In this document: positions 50,851 to 60,359 of the stretch, in pieces | Position numbering within the stretch: position 1 is the first letter of the stretch | Layout of the letters: the number at the start of each line of letters is the position of its first letter | Source of the DNA: Longimicrobiales bacterium | Lineage (GTDB): Bacteria > Gemmatimonadota > Gemmatimonadetes > Longimicrobiales > Gaopeijiaceae | DNA length: 64,000 bases | Reading direction: 5' to 3' | Assembly (NCBI GenBank): GCA_965248195.1 | Contig: CBDFIQ010000001.1 | Location: 448,001 to 512,000, forward strand | Position numbers and translations under genes: made by a program | Notes under the pieces: generated by a model | What the model was told of the DNA's origin: nothing | What the model saw: only the letters and a program-made list of their open reading frames with translations | Databases searched by the model: none

Positions 50851-51780
50851 TCAACCCACCGGATAACAAGCGAGGTCCTCGCCGACTCTCACGACTCCGT
50901 CGTAGCGAGTCCTGACCTCAGTAACGCCCTCCTCGAGGTCCCCAACGAATAGGTGACTGAGGATTAACTGTTCGACGTCCGCGTCCGCAGCAACTTGGCC
51001 AACGACGTCGGGGGTTGCATGGAAATCGAGCGTTTCCCCCGATGCCGTGGGGGAGACTGCCAGGTGCATCACCAAAGCCGAGGCGTTGCGTGAAAATGAG
51101 ACGAAGGCTGGGTCGCTGCCGGTCTGATCACCGCTGAACACAACGCTCACGCCCTGAGCCTCCACCCGGTAGGCGAGCGAGGGGACATTCGCATGCGGCA
51201 CTGGTAGCGCACGCACCGTCAGACCCGCTTCCTGCAAGATCACGGTGGAGCCAGCCATTTCGACATCAACCATTACCGGGTCGAGACGCACGCCTCGCCC
51301 TGGCCCGCCGAGTGTGCCGCCGAGAATCTGAAAGGCACCAGCCTCCGGATCGAAGAGCCGCGAGAGAAACAGGTTCAGCGGTGGGTAGGCCTCGTTTCCG
51401 GAAGGACCCGCGATACGAAGTGGCTCTTGGCGGAGGCCATCACTCAGCCAGAGAATGGCGGAAAGGCCAGAAACGTGGTCTGGATGAAAATGGCTGAGTG
51501 CGAGGAGATCCAAGTCCGCCAGCTGCGCGCCCGACTCGCCGACGCGCAGAAACGATCCTCCACCTGCGTCCACCATGATCCGGGAACGACCATCGACCCA
51601 AACCACATAGCTAGACGAGGCTCGACCCGTTCCAGCGCGTGGGCCACCAGACCCGAGGACCTGCACGGCCACGCCGGTAGCGGGGCACTGCTCTTGATCG
51701 ACGACGCAGGACGATGCAAAAAAAACGAAGAGGAAGCATGTCGTGTGGAACACCCGCAAGTTGAGACCCATATTCGGCAT
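50851..51780 (-). CDS. MBL-fold metallo-hydrolase (RNase Z/arylsulfatase-like), cassette gene
   Basis: LGSGGP, SHFHPDH, FSGD, LSH; cassette ends complementary over 14 bp (GTTAGGCAGCTGGC). Confidence 0.88.
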   Translation of the reverse strand: MPNMGLNLRVFHTTCFLFVFFASSCVVDQEQCPATGVAVQVLGSGGPRAGTGRASSSYVVWVDGRSRIMVDAGGGSFLRVGESGAQLADLDLLALSHFHPDHVSGLSAILWLSDGLRQEPLRIAGPSGNEAYPPLNLFLSRLFDPEAGAFQILGGTLGGPGRGVRLDPVMVDVEMAGSTVILQEAGLTVRALPVPHANVPSLAYRVEAQGVSVVFSGDQTGSDPAFVSFSRNASALVMHLAVSPTASGETLDFHATPDVVGQVAADADVEQLILSHLFVGDLEEGVTEVRTRYDGVVRVGEDLACYPVG

Positions 51781-51942
51781 CCCTTTCTCTTCGACAAGAT
51801 CCGAGCGTAAGCCCGCTGGGAGCCAGCTGCCTAACGGATCTGCGATTCTGATCTTATAAGGCGAAAGGCTGACCTCACTCGAGCGTGGCGTTACGCTGAT
51901 CTTGCTCAAAGGCCTGCGGCACCCAACCCAAGGAGGCCAGCC

Positions 51943-52980
51943 ATGTTTGTCGCAGGAATCGATGCTCACGCAACGTATTCGGTGATCGCCATCGTGAGCA
52001 ACACAGGTCAGCTCGTTGCCGGACCCATCCGGATCAAGAACACGCAAGAGGATCGGCTCAATGATCTACTGGAGCAGTATCAGCCCCTGGAGGTGGTCGT
52101 CGAGACGAGTCCGGCCTGGCCGTGGCTCTTCGATCGACTCCAAGAGCGGGGGATCGACTTCGTGCTCGCTCACGCCAAGCGGCTCCGAGTCATCGCCGAG
52201 TCCAACTACAAGAGTGACGACATCGACGCCGAGTTGTTGGCGCGTATGCGACTCGCGGGCCTCATCCCCGAGGTCCATCCGAAGTGCGTCGAGCAGCGGG
52301 AGCAGGCGGTACTGCTACGCAACCGGGCACGACTCGTACGCGAACGCACACGCATGGTGAACCGCATCCATGCCCAGATCCACAACGTCGGGCTTCATCT
52401 GGAGCGTGGGCGTCTGCTCACCCAGGATGGACGCCAGTGGGTGCATGACGTGGCGTGGCCGCTGCTCGGAGCCGAGCGGCGTCTGTTCATCGACATGCAG
52501 TGGGAACTCATCGACCAGATCGTGCCGATGATCAAAACGCTTGATCGCAGGGTTGAGCACGTAGGCCGCAAGGTCCCCGCTGTAGCTCTGCTCGAGACCA
52601 TCCCGGGCGTCGGTTCCTATCGGGCATTGCTCATCGCCACCGAGACGTTGCCCATCAAACGATTTCGTACACCGGGGCACCTGGTCAGCTACGCCGGTCT
52701 AGCCCCTCGCTCCTCACAGTCAGGGCTCCGGCCCATCCGCCACGGATCGATCCCCGCCGGGGCCAACCGTTGGCTGAGGGGCACCTTCGTCCGGACCGTC
52801 GTGAGCCACGTCACTCACGCGCCCGACAGCTGGCTATCACAGTCGTACGAACTGATCAGGCAACGGCTCGGGTGGCAGGTCGCTCGGGTCGCTACCGCTC
52901 GGCGCCTCGCTCGTGCTGTGCACGCGATGCTCCGTACGGGTGAGGTCTGGCACGATGAACCCGTGGCTCGATCAAACTGA
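51943..52980 (+). CDS. IS110-family recombinase
   Basis: Identical 345 aa. Confidence 0.95.
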   Translation: MFVAGIDAHATYSVIAIVSNTGQLVAGPIRIKNTQEDRLNDLLEQYQPLEVVVETSPAWPWLFDRLQERGIDFVLAHAKRLRVIAESNYKSDDIDAELLARMRLAGLIPEVHPKCVEQREQAVLLRNRARLVRERTRMVNRIHAQIHNVGLHLERGRLLTQDGRQWVHDVAWPLLGAERRLFIDMQWELIDQIVPMIKTLDRRVEHVGRKVPAVALLETIPGVGSYRALLIATETLPIKRFRTPGHLVSYAGLAPRSSQSGLRPIRHGSIPAGANRWLRGTFVRTVVSHVTHAPDSWLSQSYELIRQRLGWQVARVATARRLARAVHAMLRTGEVWHDEPVARSN

Positions 52981-53142
52981 GATGACACACGATGATGGAC
53001 CGTACCACGACAGGGGTGAGCTCCGCGCGCAGCATGTCGCACGACGACCCTCAGATTCTGATTGAGCCCCCCGCTCGCATAGCAGATCTTCGGACATCCC
53101 CGCGGAACCTGTCAACGACAATGGGACACTCTACGGGATTAA

Positions 53143-54150
53143 TTAGAGAGCAATATCCTGTGTGGTGAGGGAAGGGATGGGAGGATTGATGTAGACGGCC
53201 TCCGGGAGCGGTTTGGGCTTCGGCACACCTGTGACGAAGCGTTCGGGATGAGCGGCCCATGCTTCGCGGAGCACGGATTTCCTGCCGGCAATGACCTGAT
53301 CGGCGTTCCCGAAGTGGACCTGCTCGGGGGTTAGCATCGAGATACCGCCATGGCGGTGCTCGGCATTGTACCAGCGGAAGAACGATCGACACAACGTCTT
53401 GGCCTGGCCCTGATCCCCGAACCGCCCGGGAAACGAGGGATGGTACTTCAAGGTTTTGAACTGAGCCTCGGAAAACGGGTTGTCATCCGACACCTGAGGC
53501 CGGCTCAACGAGCGAGTCACGCCGAGGTCAGCGAGAAGTTGAGCGGTGCATTGGCTCGTCATTGGAGCTCCCCGATCCGAGTGCAGGGTCAGGACCCGGG
53601 GCTGGACGCCATGCTTCAGGCAGCTCTGCTGGATCAACCGGCCGGCCAGGGCCGAGTTCTCCCGGTCCGCCACCATCCAGCCCACGACGTAGCGGCTGTA
53701 GATGTCCATGATGACGTAGAGGTAGTAATAGCTCCACTTCTTCGGCCCGAGTAGCCGCGTGATATCCCAGGACCACACCTGGTTCGGCGCCGTGGCCATC
53801 AACTCGGGCTTCTTGTACTCGGGATGGGTGCGCTGCGCCCGGCGTTCCTGAACCGGCACCTCGGAGGCCAGAACACGATACATCGTGCGTTCGCTGCACA
53901 GGTAGACCTCTTCGTCGAGCAGCGTGGCCACCACCTCGGCGGGTGAGCGGTCCACGAACCGCTCCGAACACAGCGTGTCGAAGACCTCGCCTCGTTCCGT
54001 CTCGCTCAATGCCCGGGCGGGCGTCGGGCGGGGCTGCCGTTGCCCGGTCGATGGGCCTCGACGACGGTAGAACGTCGATCGGGAGACCTCGAGAGCCGCG
54101 CACGCCGGTTTTACACCGACGTGCTTAGCCAGCTCATCGGCCGCCTTCAA
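53143..54150 (-). CDS. IS3-family OrfB
   Basis: Identical protein. Confidence 0.92.
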   Translation of the reverse strand: MKAADELAKHVGVKPACAALEVSRSTFYRRRGPSTGQRQPRPTPARALSETERGEVFDTLCSERFVDRSPAEVVATLLDEEVYLCSERTMYRVLASEVPVQERRAQRTHPEYKKPELMATAPNQVWSWDITRLLGPKKWSYYYLYVIMDIYSRYVVGWMVADRENSALAGRLIQQSCLKHGVQPRVLTLHSDRGAPMTSQCTAQLLADLGVTRSLSRPQVSDDNPFSEAQFKTLKYHPSFPGRFGDQGQAKTLCRSFFRWYNAEHRHGGISMLTPEQVHFGNADQVIAGRKSVLREAWAAHPERFVTGVPKPKPLPEAVYINPPIPSLTTQDIAL

Positions 54151-54596
54151 GAGTTCGTCCCGTCGTCGAGGCTTATCCCCAGCAGCCCCGCAACTTTTCC
54201 CTGCACGTCGATGATCAGGTGTGCCTTCCTGAGCTCATTCTCGAGCCGTGCGTTTTGCCGCTCCAGCTTGCGTACCTTCTCATCCAGCGGATTCCGCTCC
54301 GGCTTGCGGCCGCGTTTCTTCGACAGGGCCTTCAGCGACCCGCTATGCGCCGCCTTGCGCCACGTCGTCAGGTGCGACGAGTACAGGCCCTCGCGCCGCA
54401 GGAGCTGACCCACCTCGCCGGGCTCGGTGCACCGGTCCGCTTCTTCGACGATCCGCAGCTTGTACGATGGACTGAACCGCCGGCGTAGCGGCCTATCTAC
54501 TACCTCCGGGTCCGCAGGAGCTGCCGCGCTTCGCTTGGCCTCCCCGATTCCAGGGGCACTACCATTCTCTTCCATTCTCTCTCGCAGTCCCAACAT
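54147..54596 (-). CDS. IS3-family OrfA
   Basis: Identical protein. Confidence 0.9.
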   Translation of the reverse strand: MLGLRERMEENGSAPGIGEAKRSAAAPADPEVVDRPLRRRFSPSYKLRIVEEADRCTEPGEVGQLLRREGLYSSHLTTWRKAAHSGSLKALSKKRGRKPERNPLDEKVRKLERQNARLENELRKAHLIIDVQGKVAGLLGISLDDGTNS

Positions 54597-54966
54597 GTTC
54601 GTTTTCTCTGCCTTCGCCCTACTCTAATTCTTTGCGTGCTCCGTGTCTCACGTACGTTGGCAGAGAGGGCCGCGCTGGGATGAAACCTGAATAGATGCCT
54701 GAGTTCCTCGTGAGAGGAGACTCACCCAAGATCGGACGCGACGTTGGTACTGAAGGATGAAAAACGGAAGATGATCACGCAGGCCTTGAGCTACAGACCA
54801 GTGGACCGAGCCACCCCTCCGGGACCCCGGACGGGTAAGGGAGGGCTACGCCCTGTTGACTCCCTTCACCTTATAGATGCTGCGCGGCTAAGATGCCCTC
54901 CGCAAGCGGAGCGCGCGACCCTCCCGTTCTCGCGACTGCAGCAATCGCTTGTTAGATGGCGGCGGG

Positions 54967-55513
54967 GGTACGCTGACCCATGATAGGTAACACTTTGCTG
55001 AACCATGATGGGTGACAGTCTCAGATCCTAACATGGGCCTCCACAAGGAGGCGCCATGCCATGGTTGGAGACCGATCCCATGAACGAACGAAAGCGATTC
55101 ATTCTCGAAGCTGCCGCCGGCCTGTTCTCGCACACGGAGCTCTGCCTGCGTCACGGCGTCAGCCGTAAGACCGGCTACAAGTGGCTCGAACGCTACGAGT
55201 CTGAGGGACCCGACGGCCTCGGAGATCGCCCTCATCGTGTCCGGGCGCATCCACACACCACCGAGCCACACGTAGTCGATGCCGCCTTGGAACTCCGCGG
55301 ACAGCGGCGACGCTGGGGTGCCGACAAGATCCGCGCTCGGCTGCTGACTCTGCACCCTGACTGGAGTGTCCCCTCCGCCCGCATCCTCCACAAGTACTTC
55401 CTCCGCGGGGGACTCGTGAAGAAGCCGCGCAGGAGTCGTAGGCGTCCGCATCCAGGCAAGCCCACAGCTCCCTTCGACGCACCCAACGCCATCTGGTCGG
55501 CTGACTTCAAGGG
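54967..55513 (+). mobile_element. IS481-family 5' fragment (truncated by IS256)
   Basis: MPWLETDPMNERKRF..GVSRKTGYKWLERY..WSADFKG from 55056; left end GGTACGCTGACCCATGATAGGTAACA. Confidence 0.88.
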
Positions 55514-56889
55514 GGTAGTGTCCCTAGATTTGTGTAAAAGCGGATAAGCTGGACAGGAGGGAAAGAAAAACGGAAGCTCCTCTGTTGTTGTTCACTGTCA
55601 CATGAACCCGGGAGTCCGGGTCTGCAGAGCAGGCTCGGAACCGGAGAGGAGCTTCCGATGCAAGAGATTGTGGAGATCGGTCGGGCCACGCAAGACGAGC
55701 TACGCGATGATTTGCGCGAGCTGTTTCAAGGCGCGATCCGGCTGACGCTCGAGATGGTGCTGGAAGAGGAGCTGAAGGCCATGGTAGGTGCACGCCGCTT
55801 CGAGCGGGTGGGAAGCCGGAAGGACCATAGGAACGGCACATACCTGAGGCGGCTGCTGACGAGCCTGGGGCAGATCGAGGTCGCCATGCCCCGGAGCCGG
55901 GACAACGGTTCGCCGGCCGACGTGATCGGCCGCTACCAGCGCAGGAGCCCCGAGCTCGACGAGATGATGGTCGAGGCGTATGTGAGCGGCGTGTCACAGC
56001 GCAAGATGGGCGACGTCACCGAGGCGCTGATGGGCGAGCGTGTTGGGCGCTCGACGGTGAGTCGTGTGGCAAAACGGCTCGACGAGGCCGTGGAAGGGCT
56101 GCGCCGTGCGCCGATCGAGGGGCCTCACCCCTATCTGTACCTGGACGCCACGTTCTTGGACGCCCGCTGGGCCCGCAAAGTCGAGAACGTGAGTGCGCTC
56201 GTGGCGTATGCAGTGGGCCCTGAGGGTCACCGACGGCTCCTGGCCGTCACGCTGGGCGCTGAGGAGTCGCAGCAGAGCTGGTCGGAGCTCCTCGAGCAAC
56301 TCCAGGACCGCGGCCTCGGCGGTGTCGAGCTCGTGATCGCCGATGAGCACGCAGGCCTGGCAGCTGCGGTCCGCCGCTTCCTGCCCGAGGCACGCCGTCA
56401 GAGGTGTACGGTCCATCTGCAGCGTAATGTGGGGGCGAGGGTCCCCCACCGCCTACGCAAGCGCGTGGCGCGTGAGGTCTCGGTGATCTTCCAGACATCC
56501 GGACTCGCCGAGGCGAAGAAGCTCCTGGGCGAGTTCGGCGCACGCTGGAAGAAGGAGCTGCCCGAGGCCGTGGAGGTCCTGGAGCGGGGCTTCGGGGCAG
56601 CGACGCAGTTCTACGCGTTCCCCGAGGCGCACTGGCCCCGGCTGCGTACCACCAACAGCCTCGAGCGGCTGCACGGCGAGATCAAACGCAGGATCAAGGC
56701 CGCCGGCGCCTTCCCGGACCGGGCCAGCGCCCTCAGGCTCATCACGGCCGTCGCACTCAGGACCACACACGTCTGGGGCGACCGGCGTTACCTCGACCTC
56801 TCACTCCTCCAGAAACAGGAGGTCGCCCAAGCAGCCTAGCCGAAGGCGAGGAGCTTCCTCCGCTTTTACACACAAATCGGGACTTGACC
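55514..56889 (+). mobile_element. IS256-family IS, copy 6
   Basis: 1376 bp; flanks TTCAAGGG and GCCGAACT do not match. Confidence 0.95.
55658..56839 (+). CDS. IS256-family transposase
   Basis: Identical protein. Confidence 0.95.
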   Translation: MQEIVEIGRATQDELRDDLRELFQGAIRLTLEMVLEEELKAMVGARRFERVGSRKDHRNGTYLRRLLTSLGQIEVAMPRSRDNGSPADVIGRYQRRSPELDEMMVEAYVSGVSQRKMGDVTEALMGERVGRSTVSRVAKRLDEAVEGLRRAPIEGPHPYLYLDATFLDARWARKVENVSALVAYAVGPEGHRRLLAVTLGAEESQQSWSELLEQLQDRGLGGVELVIADEHAGLAAAVRRFLPEARRQRCTVHLQRNVGARVPHRLRKRVAREVSVIFQTSGLAEAKKLLGEFGARWKKELPEAVEVLERGFGAATQFYAFPEAHWPRLRTTNSLERLHGEIKRRIKAAGAFPDRASALRLITAVALRTTHVWGDRRYLDLSLLQKQEVAQAA

Positions 56890-57584
56890 GCCGAACTCAC
56901 GGAAAAGGCGAGTAAAGACGCGACGGGAGGCGGAGTAGGTGGTGCCCTCGAGCCCCTGGCAGGCGAGCAGATAACGACTGAAGCCATCCTGGACGGTGAG
57001 TGGGTAGCAGTAACAACCGTCGAGGGTCTTGAACTGACCCTTGAAGTCAGCCGACCAGATGGCGTTGGGTGCGTCGAAGGGAGCTGTGGGCCTGCCTGGA
57101 TGCGGACGCCTACGACTCCTGCGCGGCTTCTTCACGAGTCCCCCGCGGAGGAAGTACTTGTGGAGGATGCGGGCGGAGGGGACGCTCCAGTCAGGGTGCA
57201 GAGTCAGCAGCCGAGCGCGGATCTTGTCGGCACCCCAGCGTCGCCGCTGTCCACGGAGCTCCAAGGCGGCATCGACTACGTGTGGCTCAGTGGTGTGTGG
57301 ATGCGCCCGGACACGATGAGGGCGATCTCCAAGGCCGTCGGGTCCCTCAGACTCGTAGCGTTCGAGCCACTTGTAGCCGGTCTTACGGCTGACGCCGTGA
57401 CGCAGGCAGAGCTCCGTGTGCGAGAACAGGCCGGCGGCAGCTTCGAGAATGAATCGCTTTCGTTCGTTCATGGGATCGGTCTCCAACCATGGCATGGCGC
57501 CTCCTTGTGGAGGCCCATGTTAGGATCTGAGACTGTCACCCATCATGGTTCAGCAAAGTGTTACCTATCATGGGTCAGCGTACC
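56890..57584 (-). mobile_element. IS481-family 5' fragment, opposite orientation
   Basis: Near-identical to 54967-55513 and extends to ..LFREFG. Confidence 0.88.
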
Positions 57585-57593
57585 GTGAGCACT

Positions 57594-57609
57594 GTCTAAC
57601 AAGCGATTG
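57594..57609 (+). repeat. attC R'' stub in inverted (+) orientation
   Basis: GTCTAAC-AAGCG-ATTG. Confidence 0.55.
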
Positions 57610-57628
57610 AAATGAGGGAGCGTAGAAC

Positions 57629-58045
57629 GTGAATTCGGACCGAGCGGCCACCCCTCACCTTCCGCGCCCGGTTTTGCTCTTTTCCGGAGGCTGACGGTTT
57701 TGTCGTTGGTCGGCGCGGGTCGTCGCTAGGTTGGACCGCCACCAGGAGCTAGCGCTGCTTCCGCTCAGCGACGAAGAGGCTGGGCCTTTGCTGGCCTCCG
57801 TGCCGGAGGACAAGCGAGGGGAATGTTGGTGGCTCATACTCCGCGATGGCACTGCTGTCGAGGGGGATCTAGGTGGAGGAGTGATGCTCCTTGCGGAGAT
57901 GCGTCTCACCCGTCCGCTGGGCCGCGTCCTTCGCGCGGTACGACTCTCTCCGGTGATTGACGCGCTTGACAGGGCCTTGGCCCGGAACCGTGCGCGCCTC
58001 GGCCGCTTCGTCCCGGAGGGCCCCGCACCGCGGCGATATCCCTGA
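57629..58045 (+). CDS. DCC1/DUF393-like thiol-disulfide oxidoreductase, putative selenoprotein (URFC)
   Basis: GTG start after RBS GAGGGAG; PVLLFSGG-TGA(57692-94)-RFCRW..LDR..LPL; C-terminal ARNRARLGRF. Confidence 0.65.
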
Positions 58046-58067
58046 TGTGGCTCGGCCCTTCTGCGCC

Positions 58068-58227
58068 ATTTAACAAGCGATCACTACCGACGCGGTAGCC
58101 ATCAGGCTCGCGCGCGGCGCTTGCGGTCGGCACATTAGCCGCGTAGCAGAGCCGGAGGCACACATCGCGTGCCGGAGACGACCGAGCACCGCGAAGCGGG
58201 CGGAGATCAATCGCAGATCCGTCCGGC
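58068..58227 (+). repeat. Degenerate hybrid attC in + orientation
   Basis: ATTTAACAAGCG..CATCAGGCTCGCGCGC..ACATTAGCCGCG followed by the second-type half seen at 21748-21808. Confidence 0.6.
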
Positions 58228-58292
58228 AGCGTGAGAGATGAGCCGGACGCACAAGGCGGGCGTGAAACACAGACAGAAGCAAGACACCATCG

Positions 58293-59093
58293 ATGACAGT
58301 ACTAGTGGTTGGAGCGACAGGTAAGACGGGGCGGGCCCTAGTGGAGCAGTTGCTGGGCAAGGGTCACGATGTTCGCGCTATTGTCCGCTCGCCTCGCAAA
58401 CTCCCCGCGAAGGTTCGGGATCACCCAAACGCGACAGTCATAGAGGCGAGTGTGCTCGACTTGACTGATGAGGAGATGGCAGAGCATGTAAGGGACTGTG
58501 ATGCCGTGGTCTCGTGCTTGGGGCATGTAATGGATCTAAAGGGGATGTTTGGAGACCCTAAGAGGCTGTGCACAGACGCGACGCGCCGACTGTGTGATGC
58601 AATCGAGAAGAATCGCCCCACCAAACCCACCAAATTCATCCTCATGAACACGGTTGCGGTCCAGAATCCCGACCTCGAAGAGAAGAGAGCCTGGTTCGAG
58701 CGTTGGCTCCTGGCTCTCTTGCGCCACACCCTGCCTCCGCATCGGGATAATGAAACTGCGGCAGAGCATCTCCATCAGAGCGTGGGGAAGGAGAGTAAAC
58801 ACGTTGATTGGTGCGGCGTCCGCCCAGATTCGTTGGTCGACGCTGAGATTTCTTCGTATGACATAGAAGAGTCCCCCTCCACCAGTATTCTCACTGGCCG
58901 CCCTACCGCCCGAGCCAATGTAGCTCACTTCATGGTCGAGCTCGTCGAGAACGCAGAGCTTTGGAGCACATGGCGGTTCGGGATGCCGGTCATAATGAAC
59001 TCCAACGGGAGAAGCGAATGGGCAGTTCAGATCAGCTGGGCCGGATGTGGAAATGTGGTCTTAAGGATTCTCACGAGATGGAGAGAGAGATGA
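58293..59093 (+). CDS. NAD(P)H-binding (atypical SDR) protein
   Basis: VLVVGATGKTG Rossmann motif, VRP. Confidence 0.88.
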   Translation: MTVLVVGATGKTGRALVEQLLGKGHDVRAIVRSPRKLPAKVRDHPNATVIEASVLDLTDEEMAEHVRDCDAVVSCLGHVMDLKGMFGDPKRLCTDATRRLCDAIEKNRPTKPTKFILMNTVAVQNPDLEEKRAWFERWLLALLRHTLPPHRDNETAAEHLHQSVGKESKHVDWCGVRPDSLVDAEISSYDIEESPSTSILTGRPTARANVAHFMVELVENAELWSTWRFGMPVIMNSNGRSEWAVQISWAGCGNVVLRILTRWRER

Positions 59094-60337
59094 GCCGAAT
59101 CACAATTACCGCGATCGTGACGTTCGCCCTCGGCAGCCTGTCGGCGAACGGATCTTCCCAAGCTCTCCCCTGGGTAGCGCCCGAATCCGTCGGCATATCC
59201 GCTGAACGACTCAGCCGGGTGGATGCTCTCTTCGAGTCGTATATCGCTGATGGCCGAATGGCCGGAGTCGTTGTGGCGATCGCGAGGAAGGGAAGGCTGG
59301 CTCACTTTCGGACCCTCGGTCGGATGGATATGGCGAAGGATCCGCCAATGAGAGAGGACGCCATATTCCGGATGGCTTCAATGACCAAGCCCATTACGAG
59401 CGTCGCCGTTCTGATGCTCCACGAGGAGGGGCATTTTCAGCTCGAGGATCCCGTGTCTTGGTATATCCCCGAACTTTCCGGAATGTGGCCTGAGACGACG
59501 CCAGCCCAGGAAGGCGAAGTACGGGAGATGACCGTCAGGGATCTGCTGACCCACACGGCGGGACTGCCGGCGAGCGGGCGTGATCCCCGGCATGACCAGG
59601 TGTGGGACGACGCTGATCTAACGCTCAAGCAGATTATGGCTGGGATCGGCAAGCATCCCCTGGCGTATGCTCCCGGAACAGAGTGGAGATATAGTCGCGC
59701 GACAAGCGTCCTGGGGTATCTCGTAGAGGTCCTGTCTCACCAGCCTTTCGAGGCGTTTCTCGAGGAGCGGATCTTTCGGCCGCTCGGAATGGTGGATACC
59801 GGTTTCTTCGTTCCGGAGGTGGAGTCCCATAGGCTACCGGCAGCCTACGCGGTCAATGAAGAGAGTGTGACCGAGGAACTATGGCCGCAGCCGCGAGCTC
59901 AGGATCTGCAGCTCCCCAACGCACCGCTCGGAAGCGGCGGTCTCTTCTCAACGGCCAATGATTACCTTCGCTTTTCGCAGATGCTTCTGAACGGAGGTGA
60001 TCTCGACGGCGTTCGCCTGCTAAGCCCCAAGACAGTCGAGCTCATGATCACGGATCACCTCCCTCCTGGAGTGGACCTTCCAGTCCGGTTTGGCCGGCGA
60101 TATCGACTGGCGGGCTACGGCTTCGGACTGGGCGTTCGCGTAAGAGACGACCTCGCCGAATCACAAATGCCGGGCAGCCTCGGGGAGTATGGTTGGGGCG
60201 GCGCGTATGGAACGTATTTTCTTATCGATCCCAAAGAAGAGCTTGTGGCGATGTTCCTGCCACAGCTGCGCGGGTCGGCCTTTTTCCCGATCCGTCGACA
60301 ATTCAACAACGCCGTATATCAGGCGCTCGTGAACTGA
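59090..60337 (+). CDS. Serine hydrolase, beta-lactamase family
   Basis: Signal peptide; FRMASMTK (SxxK), LLTHTAGL, WRYS, WGG. Confidence 0.92.
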   Translation: MSRITITAIVTFALGSLSANGSSQALPWVAPESVGISAERLSRVDALFESYIADGRMAGVVVAIARKGRLAHFRTLGRMDMAKDPPMREDAIFRMASMTKPITSVAVLMLHEEGHFQLEDPVSWYIPELSGMWPETTPAQEGEVREMTVRDLLTHTAGLPASGRDPRHDQVWDDADLTLKQIMAGIGKHPLAYAPGTEWRYSRATSVLGYLVEVLSHQPFEAFLEERIFRPLGMVDTGFFVPEVESHRLPAAYAVNEESVTEELWPQPRAQDLQLPNAPLGSGGLFSTANDYLRFSQMLLNGGDLDGVRLLSPKTVELMITDHLPPGVDLPVRFGRRYRLAGYGFGLGVRVRDDLAESQMPGSLGEYGWGGAYGTYFLIDPKEELVAMFLPQLRGSAFFPIRRQFNNAVYQALVN

Positions 60338-60359
60338 GCGGGAAACCTGGGGACATGAC

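Larger units (their letters stand above)
53103..54669 (-). mobile_element. IS3-family IS, copy D
   Basis: 1567 bp; TSD CCG; empty site known from the other IS110 copies. Confidence 0.95.
51851..54877 (+). mobile_element. IS110-family copy 5, non-coding region interrupted by IS3 copy D
   Basis: Same ends; IS3 occupies 53103-54669. Confidence 0.93.
51829..54957 (-). repeat. attC site interrupted by IS110 copy 5
   Basis: GCCTAAC..GATTC|TG|CTGCGCG..GTTAGAT. Confidence 0.85.

Noticed and set aside
50851..52047. 398-aa ORF as given in the ORF track
   Set aside because: The N-terminal extension is antisense IS110 and attC sequence; the real start is probably 51780.
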